Shown here one piece after another: positions 9,203-19,517 of a stretch of 64,000 nucleotides of DNA. This DNA is from a virus. The DNA lies in the IMG/VR virus record IMGVR_UViG_3300042298_003052, positions 64,001 to 128,000 of that record, one strand, 5' to 3'. Below the pieces are notes generated by a model, which was not told the DNA's origin, did not search any database, and worked only from the letters and a program-made list of their open reading frames with translations. Position 1 is the first letter of the stretch. Every line of letters begins with the position of its first letter. The translations under genes were made by a program, and so were the position numbers.

Positions 9203-11044
9203 TCAGGTAAGTGCTACATCAAACGTGTTGACCTTGAACACCCGTGTTTCCTGAGGAATGTCAGATGTATCATTGTAACCAGTAGCGTCAACGTCTAGTG
9301 GTCCGTGGGCTTCGTAGGATTGCCAAATGGCGCGATCCATCCGACCAAAGTCAGTCTTCTCATCAAAGAGAATCTGAACACCAGAGCCGCCGATACCACG
9401 ACCAGAAGCCATACCACCAAAGGCGTAAGAAGTACGAACCACAGAAGAGGTGCTGTCACCATTGGTTTCAGTAGCTACACCTTCTGCCCCAGTAGCATTA
9501 GCAAAGGCGTTAGTTTGCCAAATGTGGAAGCCCTCAAACAACCCTTGATAACCTTCAACCTTGATGTTTTCACCAGCAGGGTAATCACCAAGCATCATGT
9601 TGGTCATTTCCCGGATCTGTTCAACACTAGGAGCTTCAAAGTATTGGTTGACTAGAGAACTCTTCAGTTGAGACATAGCGGTAGGATTGGTAACAAGACC
9701 GTAGTTACCATCAGGTAGAGGCACAACGCGATCGTTCGATAGCCTCGTGTATACCTGATTAAGGAACTGCCGTGTCATAGTACCACCCACAGTCACAGAA
9801 GCCGCTGCTGTAACAATGTTATCGCCATTGTTATAGTAGTTCTTAGTGGTAGGTCTCCACTGTTCACGGATGACCAGATCTTCCCAGTTGTAATAGTCGT
9901 AGAAAAGATCTCTTTCCAAGATCCTCATCAGAGGCAACATGGCGTACTCTTCTACGAATCGAGGGATAGAAATAGGAGGCGCTTCCGAACGACCCCGACC
10001 GTACTCATTAAGAATCATCTTAACAAGGCCGGTACGAACCCGTTGATTACCAGCATCAATGGGAACGTAGGTATTAGATCCGGAGAGCAAACGTTGTTGC
10101 GAATTGGTCGCTACCTCAGGATAAGCAGCCCGAGGGATATCAACAACTTCGCCGTTACCGCGATCGTACCGGTGAACAGTTTGAGGGAATTGCCAGAATA
10201 CCAGTCCGGGACGGGAGCTAACCCGCATGATGGAAGATAGAACTTCCAAGAAACCACCAGGGACATCAGAGGAAGTGGTAGCAGCTCTCCGCTCAGACTC
10301 AGTGATCATCTTAGAACCACGGAATAAACCATGCTTCTTACCCATATCAGTCATCTCTTTGAGAAGAGATTTGTAGCTGCTATCATTGTACCGTTGTTCT
10401 GCCATCCACTGATCGATTTCGTGGGTGGGGTACACAGGCATCAAAGAACCGCCACTGGTAGTCCTATAGGTGACACCTAAACCGTCACGGATAGACATAA
10501 ACTCAGCTAGTCGTCCATCCAAACGATCGCCGTTAGGAGATGTACGAATATTAACATTAGGCATAGAGATTTCTTTCGCACCTTCTGGACGACCAATCAA
10601 CTTAGATAGACCTTCGAGAACCTTGTCAGATTCCTTAGCCTTATTCAATTCATCAGCCAATGTTCGATTTTGAACCTTAGCTTTCTCTAGCTCTTCCTGC
10701 AAAGGAGCGATCGCATTTTCGACGGCTGTTCTGACAAACTGTTGTAGAATTTCGGCAGTGATAGCAGGCTCAGATTTTTCTACAACGGCTGTTTCCTGCT
10801 CAATTTCTAGTTCAGGTTCAACAGCTTTTTCGACTGTTTCTTCGTCTTGATCGCTAACTTCTTCAACTTCTCGTTCATCAACAGAATCGTTGACAACCAT
10901 GCTGGAGGAAAGGCCCAGGGCCTTCGCAAAGCCGTTATTATGAGCTTGAACTCCAGATTTTTGAAGGTTGATAGATAGTTTCATCTGTTCTTCTTCGCTG
11001 AGGTTACCCAGCTTGATAATTTCACGTAAGGAGTTTTTGCCCAT
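9203..11044 (-). CDS. Major capsid protein with N-terminal acidic/coiled-coil scaffold region
   Basis: GGAGGTG RBS before MGKNSL; scaffold-like N-terminus then capsid-like body ending TDFGRMDRAIWQSYEAHG; synteny. Confidence 0.8.
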   Translation of the reverse strand: MGKNSLREIIKLGNLSEEEQMKLSINLQKSGVQAHNNGFAKALGLSSSMVVNDSVDEREVEEVSDQDEETVEKAVEPELEIEQETAVVEKSEPAITAEILQQFVRTAVENAIAPLQEELEKAKVQNRTLADELNKAKESDKVLEGLSKLIGRPEGAKEISMPNVNIRTSPNGDRLDGRLAEFMSIRDGLGVTYRTTSGGSLMPVYPTHEIDQWMAEQRYNDSSYKSLLKEMTDMGKKHGLFRGSKMITESERRAATTSSDVPGGFLEVLSSIMRVSSRPGLVFWQFPQTVHRYDRGNGEVVDIPRAAYPEVATNSQQRLLSGSNTYVPIDAGNQRVRTGLVKMILNEYGRGRSEAPPISIPRFVEEYAMLPLMRILERDLFYDYYNWEDLVIREQWRPTTKNYYNNGDNIVTAAASVTVGGTMTRQFLNQVYTRLSNDRVVPLPDGNYGLVTNPTAMSQLKSSLVNQYFEAPSVEQIREMTNMMLGDYPAGENIKVEGYQGLFEGFHIWQTNAFANATGAEGVATETNGDSTSSVVRTSYAFGGMASGRGIGGSGVQILFDEKTDFGRMDRAIWQSYEAHGPLDVDATGYNDTSDIPQETRVFKVNTFDVALT

Positions 11045-11187
11045 GCGGCTCACCTCCATCTCCATAAAAGGGGTCACAAACTAGCTTATTTATACAAAAA
11101 GAAATATATTCGCATGATAGCGATTAAGATATACTTTATTAGCTATCTTGTTGTACTATGAATAGTTGTTCCTAATAGATATTCGTC

Positions 11188-11868
11188 GTGATTTCAAAAA
11201 GCAAATCTTCACCAAAGTCTCGGAGTAAGAGTAATAGAATATACGGTATGGGTTTGAAATCTCTAAGATATCAATATGGTATATTCAAGCAAGAAGATTT
11301 AGCTAACGCACTTAAATGGGAAAAACATCAAGTGCGCGATAGAGAATGTGGTTACGCTTCGATTCGATTAGTAGATGTATACGCCTTTAGTAAAGCTTTT
11401 AATACAACACCTAGAAATGTCTTAAAAGTCATAACAGAAAAAAAAGAAGAATTGACTTCGGTTAAGGATTTTGAATATTTCTTAACCACCTATAAGATGC
11501 ACATAAACGACAGTAAAGATGATTTCAAATATGACATGGAAGAGGGTAAAAGGATCGTACATGAATTGACTCCATTTCCTCTTAATGAAACCACTATAAA
11601 AGAGACATTAACTAGACAAGGGCGTTGGTTAATGGCAACACGAATAAAGCAAGGTATGAGTTCACAATGGGTGTTCGCTATGAACCTTGGTTATAACCCT
11701 TCTTTCGTTCAACATCGTGAGAGTGGAGAGACTCCTATAAAGTTAGAAGAACTCATGGAAATCTCTAATATATGGAATATGAACTATTTGGATCTAGGAG
11801 AGATTTTATTATCCGAAGATGTTATAACTACGCAAGATATTCAACGCCTGAGAAACGAGTACTGTTAG
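11188..11868 (+). CDS. Transcriptional regulator with two XRE-type HTH domains
   Basis: QEDLANAL..VRDRECG and QWVFAMNLG..VQHRESGETPIKLEEL. Confidence 0.75.
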   Translation: MISKSKSSPKSRSKSNRIYGMGLKSLRYQYGIFKQEDLANALKWEKHQVRDRECGYASIRLVDVYAFSKAFNTTPRNVLKVITEKKEELTSVKDFEYFLTTYKMHINDSKDDFKYDMEEGKRIVHELTPFPLNETTIKETLTRQGRWLMATRIKQGMSSQWVFAMNLGYNPSFVQHRESGETPIKLEELMEISNIWNMNYLDLGEILLSEDVITTQDIQRLRNEYC

Positions 11869-12761
11869 GATCTTAAACAGCTTGCGGCGGGTAGTGCGCC
11901 TCTATTACAAATAGAGTGTTCTAACAATTCGTGTCTTTCTCCACCTAACGTGCAATATCTACTAAAGTTAAATGCCGTTACATCTACACCTTCAGCGTTG
12001 CACATATCCAACATCCAAGGCGAAGGTATCAAATGATCGCACGTGTAGATTGTCTTACCTTTAGAATCTTTAGTATTCTCATAGAATGACACGTCCCTAT
12101 TGTATTTAGCACTACAATCAGGACAAATAAAAATAGGTTTGTCTAGCTTGCTACCTGTGGAACAATCATTGTGGATGCGATCGTTCAAAGTTTTAGCTGT
12201 GTCAGAACCCGTAGGGATAGCTACATTCAAAAATAACCAAATGTATCCTTCATTCTGAATTATTTCTTGGTTATATCCTCTATGACCACCACCATCGATG
12301 ATGCGATCTTCTACTGTACGTTCTCTGACGACTTTAGCATCAACAATAAAGCCTTTGGCAGCGTAACTATTAGCCATGTCATGATCTACTAGAAGAGGTC
12401 TTCCTACGGCTGTAGATGCTAGCTGTAACATTGAGCTAGGATGCCACCGACGAAGACCATAGTCCACTAGATTGTTACTGGCCATAAAAGGAACCATTGT
12501 CCAATCAGTAGACGTATATACATTACCCGTAAGTATTGAAATAAGATCTAATTCATATTTATTGGGAAAACCAATTTGATTACGAATACCGTTTTCGTAT
12601 TCTTCATCGTCTTCATCATTATCGGTTTCTTCTTCTTCCACTTCTATAGTAACCACGGTGCTACGTTGTAATTCTAAAAGATCTTCAATAGATTTTTGAA
12701 CAGAATTGATAGTGGCCATCAACTCTTCGTTGCTAATAGTAGAAGAAGATTCAGTCGTCAT
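11865..12761 (-). CDS. Prohead maturation protease with CxxC..CxH insert
   Basis: PLLVDHD (His), DCSTG (Ser), EHSICNRGALPAA motifs of HK97-like proteases. Confidence 0.65.
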   Translation of the reverse strand: MTTESSSTISNEELMATINSVQKSIEDLLELQRSTVVTIEVEEEETDNDEDDEEYENGIRNQIGFPNKYELDLISILTGNVYTSTDWTMVPFMASNNLVDYGLRRWHPSSMLQLASTAVGRPLLVDHDMANSYAAKGFIVDAKVVRERTVEDRIIDGGGHRGYNQEIIQNEGYIWLFLNVAIPTGSDTAKTLNDRIHNDCSTGSKLDKPIFICPDCSAKYNRDVSFYENTKDSKGKTIYTCDHLIPSPWMLDMCNAEGVDVTAFNFSRYCTLGGERHELLEHSICNRGALPAASCLRS

Positions 12762-12835
12762 GATCGTACAGAATTACACTATTTTTTACAATAGTAAATT
12801 CTCATACAATTTATACACGTGGATAGCCATTTACC

Positions 12836-13156
12836 TTAATCTATGGAAATGTTTCCAATCTTCTCACTGTCAGAAGCCCATGGAGCTGTAGAAACTTTTG
12901 AATGTTTCGCTTTGATAACTATAGTGAAACGATGATCCTCAACGAACCAGATTGACCAACTATTATTAGCGGCGACACTACGAAAACGATAAAAGTATTT
13001 CTTTTGATCGCTGTCCCAACGTCTATCCATCTCTAATATCTCAGCCTGCAATGGACAGAATATGGACATGCTCCCATCTGGAGTTCGTAACTGTCCGTTC
13101 AAAAACTGTATACAATCGCCTATAGTTAATTCGCTAATAATCCGTTTGTTAAGCAT
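12836..13156 (-). CDS. Hypothetical protein
   Basis: ORF track. Confidence 0.5.
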   Translation of the reverse strand: MLNKRIISELTIGDCIQFLNGQLRTPDGSMSIFCPLQAEILEMDRRWDSDQKKYFYRFRSVAANNSWSIWFVEDHRFTIVIKAKHSKVSTAPWASDSEKIGNISID

Positions 13157-13206
13157 TTCGGTTTGTGATATACTTCCTTAAGTATAGCCTATCGGAGTGT
13201 TAATAT

Positions 13207-13371
13207 ATGGTTTTAACCGATGCTATTTTAGAAGAAATCCAATCTTGTAAAGACACGTTAAACAATTTGTCACCAAATGATAACAGATCGTTTTGGGTAT
13301 CACGTCATTTAGCCAGACTTGTATTGGAATTGGAACTTACCAAAAACCATGTTAGAACTTTTGATTATTGA
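13207..13371 (+). CDS. Small hypothetical protein (54 aa)
   Basis: MVLTDAILEEIQSCKD..; GGAG upstream; below ORF-track cutoff. Confidence 0.45.
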   Translation: MVLTDAILEEIQSCKDTLNNLSPNDNRSFWVSRHLARLVLELELTKNHVRTFDY

Positions 13372-13561
13372 TCTAAACACGATCGCTATTGTGTTTGTTG
13401 TTAAAGAAGACCAGCGATCGCTAGATAGTTCTATAGAGGAAGAACTACAAATAGCGATCGCTGATTTTAAGGCGTCATCGGATTGTGTACGGGTCGAAAC
13501 ACATATTGTTCGGCCCTCTTTCTTAATCTTTCACGACGTTTGCCAACCTCCTGATAATTAG
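13349..13561 (+). CDS. Hypothetical protein
   Basis: ORF track, ATG start MLELLIID. Confidence 0.45.
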   Translation: MLELLIIDLNTIAIVFVVKEDQRSLDSSIEEELQIAIADFKASSDCVRVETHIVRPSFLIFHDVCQPPDN

Positions 13562-13721
13562 ACATCATCAACAAAAATTCTCTATTGTGCATTTTAGTGA
13601 ACCTCTTACGATCGTTTACACGATCTTAACATGGGGAGGAGATCTAATAGACAAGAAAATTGTTTTATGTTTTTCAAAAATATCAACAGCCATCTGATCT
13701 AAGATAGAACGCTACAACGGT

Positions 13722-14033
13722 TTAGCGATTCTCAGTTTCTAAAGAATCAGAGCCAAATTTATCAGCGAGAAGATATAAACCGCCCATACTTAACCAATCC
13801 CAGGCGTCTACCATGTAAAGAGAAAGATAAGGAGGTCCACCACGACTTTGCATCTTGGCGTAACCATATATGGTTTCTCCATTTTTCATTACGATACGAT
13901 ATAGAAACTTGCCTGTGTGAGGCACATAAGCAGGTTCCACATATAACACGTCAGGGTGAATAGCCCGTAGATGTGCGGGTTTATGACTGGCTTGGACGAC
14001 AGATTTTAGGATGCTTATCTTTCGCTGATCCAT
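13722..14033 (-). CDS. Hypothetical protein
   Basis: ORF track. Confidence 0.5.
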   Translation of the reverse strand: MDQRKISILKSVVQASHKPAHLRAIHPDVLYVEPAYVPHTGKFLYRIVMKNGETIYGYAKMQSRGGPPYLSLYMVDAWDWLSMGGLYLLADKFGSDSLETENR

Positions 14034-14120
14034 GACTCTACCTAAACCATAGTTAGATTATCTGATCTAAGACGCGATCTACAAATAGCAACAAACCGAA
14101 TTAACAAGTACAGAATACCG

Positions 14121-14867
14121 TTAACCGCCAGGATAAATCCATCTGGCATCACCAGATCTATCATCAACGTGTAGAAACTGCATACTGTTACTATATGCTA
14201 AACCACCTCGCCATTCATCATTAAGAAGTCTATAAAGTTCTAAAGGCGATCGTCCAGGAATGGCTATATCTAACGCTTTGCCTTGAACGTGCATACTAAA
14301 AGGGGCACCTCCAACACGGGCATTAGTCTCAGGATCTCTGTAACCACTACGGATGATAATGGATTTTCCAAAATGATCGCATATCTTTTGAGCTTTTATA
14401 GAAATACTTATTAAATTCGCCACTACAGACACATTAGCAGGACGACGATAATTACCAGAAGGTGTAAAATGTAATACTTCACCCCATGTAATATTAGGTG
14501 CCTTGCGATCGTGTATAGGTTGTCCTGACCAAGTTCTAACGCTGTTACCAGGTAAAAGAAATGATACACCGAGATCCTTAGGCTTACTTACAGAAGAATC
14601 TATAGGTTTATTGTCCATACTAAAACCGCTTTGATCTTCTATAGCACCTTTCCAGACATACCAAGTGTTTTTGCCACTTTTGTGAATAGTTTTAGGATCA
14701 ATTTTTTCAATATCTAACGTGAAGACAATGTGACTCCCTTCTTCCCTATATGCTGCAATAGGAAAAGTCTTACCACGTTTGGCAATAGCGAGTTCTTCTT
14801 TACCAATAGTGCTGCTATCTGCGGCACTAGGTTTTAGATACGTATCTGAAGTTGTGATAAGTTCCAT
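14121..14867 (-). CDS. Peptidase M15 family endolysin with N-terminal accessory domain
   Basis: SGYR..N..VGGA..SMHVQGKALDI..FLHVDDR zinc-peptidase motifs. Confidence 0.85.
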   Translation of the reverse strand: MELITTSDTYLKPSAADSSTIGKEELAIAKRGKTFPIAAYREEGSHIVFTLDIEKIDPKTIHKSGKNTWYVWKGAIEDQSGFSMDNKPIDSSVSKPKDLGVSFLLPGNSVRTWSGQPIHDRKAPNITWGEVLHFTPSGNYRRPANVSVVANLISISIKAQKICDHFGKSIIIRSGYRDPETNARVGGAPFSMHVQGKALDIAIPGRSPLELYRLLNDEWRGGLAYSNSMQFLHVDDRSGDARWIYPGG

Positions 14868-14950
14868 GGCTATACAACGCTATTTACAGTTATCATTTTA
14901 GCGTTTTAGCCTTTTATTTATTTATAATTAAAGATAATAAGTTATCTGGT

Positions 14951-16279
14951 TTATGCTACCAAAAGATCGCCATTATAAAAACAGTGTCCATCAATGAAAG
15001 GTATTTGTGTAACTGTAGAATCAAAAGTCTGCCAGTCATCTCTTGAAAAATGAGTGATAATAGTTACACCTTGTTGGTAATTACGTTCTACGCCATAACC
15101 AGGTAGTGTAGGGTCTTGTTTACCGATCATACCTGGACAAACACCCCACATTCTCTTGTATCTTATACCAGAATCCGTAGGTACAGGAATCATCTGTGAG
15201 ACAGTAGACTGCCTGTGAATATGTCCCATAACAACATTTGAATAGTAGGATTTCATGGTATCAGCGATCGCATCTTTACCGCATTTTTCACCATGAGTAT
15301 AAATCCAATCACGATGTTTCCATACGTTAGCTCCGCTAGTATAACCATCGAAGCCTTCTTCAGTAAAACCACCATGATAAATTATGTTCTTACCAGTAAA
15401 ATCTAACATGTCAGATATGCTAGGGATGGTAAACGTAAATCCAGGAACGTCCACGACTGTTTTGATCGCCTCTCTTACATAGTCGCCAACTCTTTTATCG
15501 TGATTTCCTTCTATAACTCTAAATTCACAATCTGTAAGTTCTCTGATATCGTGGAAGAAAGTCGCTGCCGTCTGTAATGATTTTTGAGTATGACCTTTAA
15601 GATCTACTCCATGGGGGTGACGACCAAATTCAGGAAAGTCTAATGTGTCACCTAACGCCACAATAAGATGTGGATTCAATAGTTCTACTAACTTTAGAAC
15701 CAAAATTAAAGCTTTTTCGTCATGGGTGGATACTAGATTCCCATTGACAGAACGATATCCAAAATGAATATCAGGTAATACTAATATGTTCTCTACGTTT
15801 TTTGGTCTACTATCGAATTTATACTTTGATTCAGGTCTAGTCCATGTTACTTGTTGTAAACCAAATTCAATAGGATTAATTGTCTTAGGTACGATGTTAG
15901 CAGTAACACCAAAGTTTTCAATCTGAGTAAGAGTGTCTTGACCTCCTTTGTCTCTAAGTTTCATAGAGGTCGTCCAACTCTTTACACGCCCATTAGTCAT
16001 TGTGTAATAGTCGGTATCTATACCCTTAGATTTTAGATACTCAATAGGATCTGCTGGAGATCCAATCGTTGTTATATTGGCCGTTATGATACCAGTTGCG
16101 TCATCTTTTTGTATATCAACTGTTACTTCGGTCTTAGAAATTCCTTGTTTACGACGATCGCTTTTTGCTTTGTAACGACAAGATTTACAATCCTTTCTAT
16201 ATGTTCCACGATCAGAACGAAGTTCAAACTTATCTATGGACAAAATTTCTTTACAAGTGTCACACTCTTTTGTTTCCAT
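14951..16279 (-). CDS. Calcineurin-like metallophosphoesterase with N-terminal Zn finger
   Basis: DIHFG, GDTLD, GNHD, THG, GHIH; CxxC..CxxC at N-terminus. Confidence 0.85.
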   Translation of the reverse strand: METKECDTCKEILSIDKFELRSDRGTYRKDCKSCRYKAKSDRRKQGISKTEVTVDIQKDDATGIITANITTIGSPADPIEYLKSKGIDTDYYTMTNGRVKSWTTSMKLRDKGGQDTLTQIENFGVTANIVPKTINPIEFGLQQVTWTRPESKYKFDSRPKNVENILVLPDIHFGYRSVNGNLVSTHDEKALILVLKLVELLNPHLIVALGDTLDFPEFGRHPHGVDLKGHTQKSLQTAATFFHDIRELTDCEFRVIEGNHDKRVGDYVREAIKTVVDVPGFTFTIPSISDMLDFTGKNIIYHGGFTEEGFDGYTSGANVWKHRDWIYTHGEKCGKDAIADTMKSYYSNVVMGHIHRQSTVSQMIPVPTDSGIRYKRMWGVCPGMIGKQDPTLPGYGVERNYQQGVTIITHFSRDDWQTFDSTVTQIPFIDGHCFYNGDLLVA

Positions 16280-16335
16280 AAGGATCCATAGAAAATAGTT
16301 GGAAAGTTATATTCTATTACAGGATACAGAAAAAA

Positions 16336-16947
16336 TCAAACTTCTTCTAGATCTTCGTCGTCGTTAATGCTGTAAAGAATAGGATTACCTTCTTGGTTAA
16401 TTAATTGAATACCTCCTTGCATAGCCCATTGATATTCATCAACCAAACGAAGTCCATTAGAATCTTTTACGCCATGGGCGATCGTTTTGATGGTATCACC
16501 ATCTGGTTCAATAATACGCAACAAGTGATAGTTCTCTTCCGGTCCCTCTATGATATAGTTCTCCACGGGCACTGATGACAATACACCATCAACACAACTC
16601 ATCATGACTTGTATAGCCCATTCCTCAAACGATATTTCTTTTACGAAATTACGTTTAGATATACCATGAGCAATGGGTATCAGTCTCTTAGTTGTTACCA
16701 CTTCAGGTAGATCAAGATTATCTTCGTTAATCTCTTCCTCCATACGTTCTTCAAACAATCGAATAAGAAATATATTGTCTTCTCTCTGATAACAATATCC
16801 ATCAAAGCCAGATGGTATATCTCCTATTACAACGTTGAGTAGGTTGGCTTTAATAAGTTGTTCAGCTTTATTCTTCTTATTTAGAAAAGCTCCATAAGCA
16901 AGAATAGCTGCACTTCCTGAAATAAAACCGAGAATATATTGGATCAT
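16336..16947 (-). CDS. Membrane-anchored hypothetical protein with internal repeat
   Basis: N-terminal TM helix; IAHG..WAxQ motif occurs twice. Confidence 0.6.
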   Translation of the reverse strand: MIQYILGFISGSAAILAYGAFLNKKNKAEQLIKANLLNVVIGDIPSGFDGYCYQREDNIFLIRLFEERMEEEINEDNLDLPEVVTTKRLIPIAHGISKRNFVKEISFEEWAIQVMMSCVDGVLSSVPVENYIIEGPEENYHLLRIIEPDGDTIKTIAHGVKDSNGLRLVDEYQWAMQGGIQLINQEGNPILYSINDDEDLEEV

Positions 16948-16959
16948 AGATACTCCTCG

Positions 16960-17340
16960 TTATATACGTTTTAACATCCAACCGTTCTCGTAACTTATAG
17001 CAGGATTATCATGTATGTAACGATGACATACATTATTTACAGCCATTAAGTTACCAGAATATATGAGAAGTGGAATGCTATCGATAAAATGTTCTTGAAT
17101 AATTTCCACTAATTGTGGACTATATAACAAGAGTTCTTCCTTTATAGAATCCCTATCTAGACGTATAACACCTTGTCTCCCTCTTTTATGGTGTACTGTG
17201 TCACTGTATAACTTATCACAATGTTGACACCTTGTAAAAGATTGAAGGACACGAATTTTAGTCTCAGTATTGTAAAAATCCAGTAAAGTCTTTTTTAGAT
17301 GTTCTCTATTTTTATGACGATCGCTTTGTCTAGACTTCAT
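16960..17340 (-). CDS. HNH endonuclease-like protein
   Basis: CQHC..VHHK..NLMAVNNVCHRYIH. Confidence 0.65.
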   Translation of the reverse strand: MKSRQSDRHKNREHLKKTLLDFYNTETKIRVLQSFTRCQHCDKLYSDTVHHKRGRQGVIRLDRDSIKEELLLYSPQLVEIIQEHFIDSIPLLIYSGNLMAVNNVCHRYIHDNPAISYENGWMLKRI

Positions 17341-17596
17341 TATTCAGATTCTTGATTTTATATATTACATAGGGCCATCCAAACAACGATAGCACAAACC
17401 ATTTTATCCAAAAATGAGAAGAGAATATCTTTTCAGCACTATTACCAAACTCCAAGCCTAATATAACAAATAATCCTTCATCGTTGATAATCAACGCCGT
17501 TAAGACCAATAATAGTAGGAGTGTTGTTAAAACCACACCTACCAGTAGGTATGACACACAAAGCTCAAAGATCACACTAAGAATTTCGCTATACAT
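17330..17596 (-). CDS. Small membrane protein
   Basis: Two hydrophobic segments. Confidence 0.55.
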   Translation of the reverse strand: MYSEILSVIFELCVSYLLVGVVLTTLLLLLVLTALIINDEGLFVILGLEFGNSAEKIFSSHFWIKWFVLSLFGWPYVIYKIKNLNNEV

Positions 17597-17796
17597 GGTA
17601 ATACTGTAACACTCTTGTTAGATAGATGTTTCTCAGCTCTGTGAATAGCCGACAACTCATTTCGCGCCCATATAGCGATGATGGTGCGATCTAAGAATCG
17701 ATTGTGTTTTCTACTGTAGCGATCGCACTGAACCCAATACAACTGCTGGCGTAACAACCTACGCCACAATCTTTGGATTTTAGTGATTAACCACAT
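17572..17796 (-). CDS. Hypothetical protein
   Basis: ORF track; overlaps neighbour. Confidence 0.45.
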   Translation of the reverse strand: MWLITKIQRLWRRLLRQQLYWVQCDRYSRKHNRFLDRTIIAIWARNELSAIHRAEKHLSNKSVTVLPCIAKFLV

Positions 17797-17888
17797 GCGC
17801 CACTAGGATATGTTTTAAGAATCATAACACAGCAAGAGAAACGTGTGTTAGCATAATAGCTATGTTGTTGGAACTTTAATACTATATT

Positions 17889-18197
17889 ATGCTACCGGAA
17901 CTGATACTCATTTCTGATATACACAGAAGTTTGTTAGAAGCTGCGTTCATCTCGTACATAGACGAAGATCTAAACGAACTAGATGAACTGTGGTACGAAC
18001 AGTGCGATAACGAACAACAAAAACAAATAGACAAAAAAGGTAAATACAAATTCTACATTAAACCTATGTTGGATCTAGGTTTGATAGAATTGAATACTAA
18101 GAAAAGACTATATTATTGTACAGAGGAAGGAAAAACAGTACTCCTTAGATTGAGCGAAGATTTTCCTATGTATAGAGAAGGATTAATCGATTACTAA
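17889..18197 (+). CDS. Winged-helix-like protein
   Basis: MLDLGLIE..YYCTEEGK wing motif. Confidence 0.55.
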   Translation: MLPELILISDIHRSLLEAAFISYIDEDLNELDELWYEQCDNEQQKQIDKKGKYKFYIKPMLDLGLIELNTKKRLYYCTEEGKTVLLRLSEDFPMYREGLIDY

Positions 18198-19451
18198 ATC
18201 AACACTATCCACATCTTGTGAATCAAGAATAACATAGTCGTTGAAATGAAATGCGTCACCCACAATGTCCTGTATAGGAGTAGACGCTGCTAAGTGTGGA
18301 CAAGAAAACGTTCTATTGTTGTGTTCGTCTTCATAATAAGTATCCACACGTACTTGATCGCCTGATTTTAGCATTTCGCAATTAGGACAGCGGAGATGAG
18401 GTTTATATAGAAAAATAGTAAATGATACACTCTTATAAACCTTATCTTCAATGTTCTTAAACAATGTAGAACTACGAGAAACAGCGATCGCTAATACCAA
18501 CGAAGCTAATCCTTCTTTCTCTATAATCTCTTTGTTATGATCGCTAAAGCCTTCAAAATTTTCGTCGATAACAACTGAACTGGATAAGATAAAATTGTCA
18601 TCGTCTACGACAAGATTCTCTCCTACGAGATTAGCTCCAATCTTAGTTAACAACTTCACATCTAACTTGCGATCGTTCTGATTGACAAGATTATTAGCGA
18701 TATTTAGTTTTACGATAACCCAATCATCAGCGATCGTACTTTCCTCTGTTAGTTCACATATCTGGGTGAGTTCTTTCTCAGTTACATCTGTAGCGTTTGA
18801 GAAAGCTTTATAAAACTCATCTTCTGAAACATCTAACACAAACCGTCTTGAATTGTCTGAGGACGTAACACTCTTATTAGAGGATTTATTAGGATCATAA
18901 GCCCAATTCTTTAACGATATGTCACGTTTACTAGGACACTCTTTAGAGACAGGTTCCCCATTAGGCATATTTTTCATACGACTTACAAAACTAATGGTTC
19001 TGTTAGCCCATCTAATATGCTTATTAGTCCACTCTGCTTTCTCAGTTTTTAGAAGTTCTAAATTTCTTTTGATTGGAAGGCGAGAAATAGAGGCTTTCCT
19101 GCTACATTCGGTTTCTGACCATCTTTGTAGTTCAGAAGCCGACATATTTACAGCATCTCTATATTTTCCATATACTTCGTCCAGTCTGTCACTATCAACA
19201 GCTCTTTTAGATTCAATAGGCTGAATTTTTGTCAAAGCAGAACCTTTATGACCTACCAATGTGTCAGTAGGTTCAGAATCTCTATAGACTCTAATTTGAT
19301 AAGCAGGATCTTCTGGAGTTCCTTCGACCTTCACATCGATGTCTGGCACAAGACCATCAGTGACTTTTTTAGTTATTTTACCTCTAGCTCTACCACCACT
19401 AGAGTTCCAACTTACAAACTCACCTACTTTGAAATCTTTTGGATTAGCCAT
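18183..19451 (-). CDS. Fusion: DUF2945/Tudor-like + DUF3140-like + degenerate prohead-protease paralog
   Basis: FKVGEFVSWNSSGG..HKGSAL; VNMSASELQRW..SLKNWAYDP; C-half aligns by eye to 11865..12761. Confidence 0.7.
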   Translation of the reverse strand: MANPKDFKVGEFVSWNSSGGRARGKITKKVTDGLVPDIDVKVEGTPEDPAYQIRVYRDSEPTDTLVGHKGSALTKIQPIESKRAVDSDRLDEVYGKYRDAVNMSASELQRWSETECSRKASISRLPIKRNLELLKTEKAEWTNKHIRWANRTISFVSRMKNMPNGEPVSKECPSKRDISLKNWAYDPNKSSNKSVTSSDNSRRFVLDVSEDEFYKAFSNATDVTEKELTQICELTEESTIADDWVIVKLNIANNLVNQNDRKLDVKLLTKIGANLVGENLVVDDDNFILSSSVVIDENFEGFSDHNKEIIEKEGLASLVLAIAVSRSSTLFKNIEDKVYKSVSFTIFLYKPHLRCPNCEMLKSGDQVRVDTYYEDEHNNRTFSCPHLAASTPIQDIVGDAFHFNDYVILDSQDVDSVDLVID

Positions 19452-19517
19452 GATACTCTAAATGTTATATAGATAGATTAGAGAAGATTGGATCATTCAT
19501 CGTACAAAGATAGCAAT

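Noticed and set aside
5962-10673. Plus-strand ORFs antisense to tail and capsid genes (e.g. 5962..6342, 9305..9655)
   Set aside because: Explained by codon bias of the real minus-strand structural genes.
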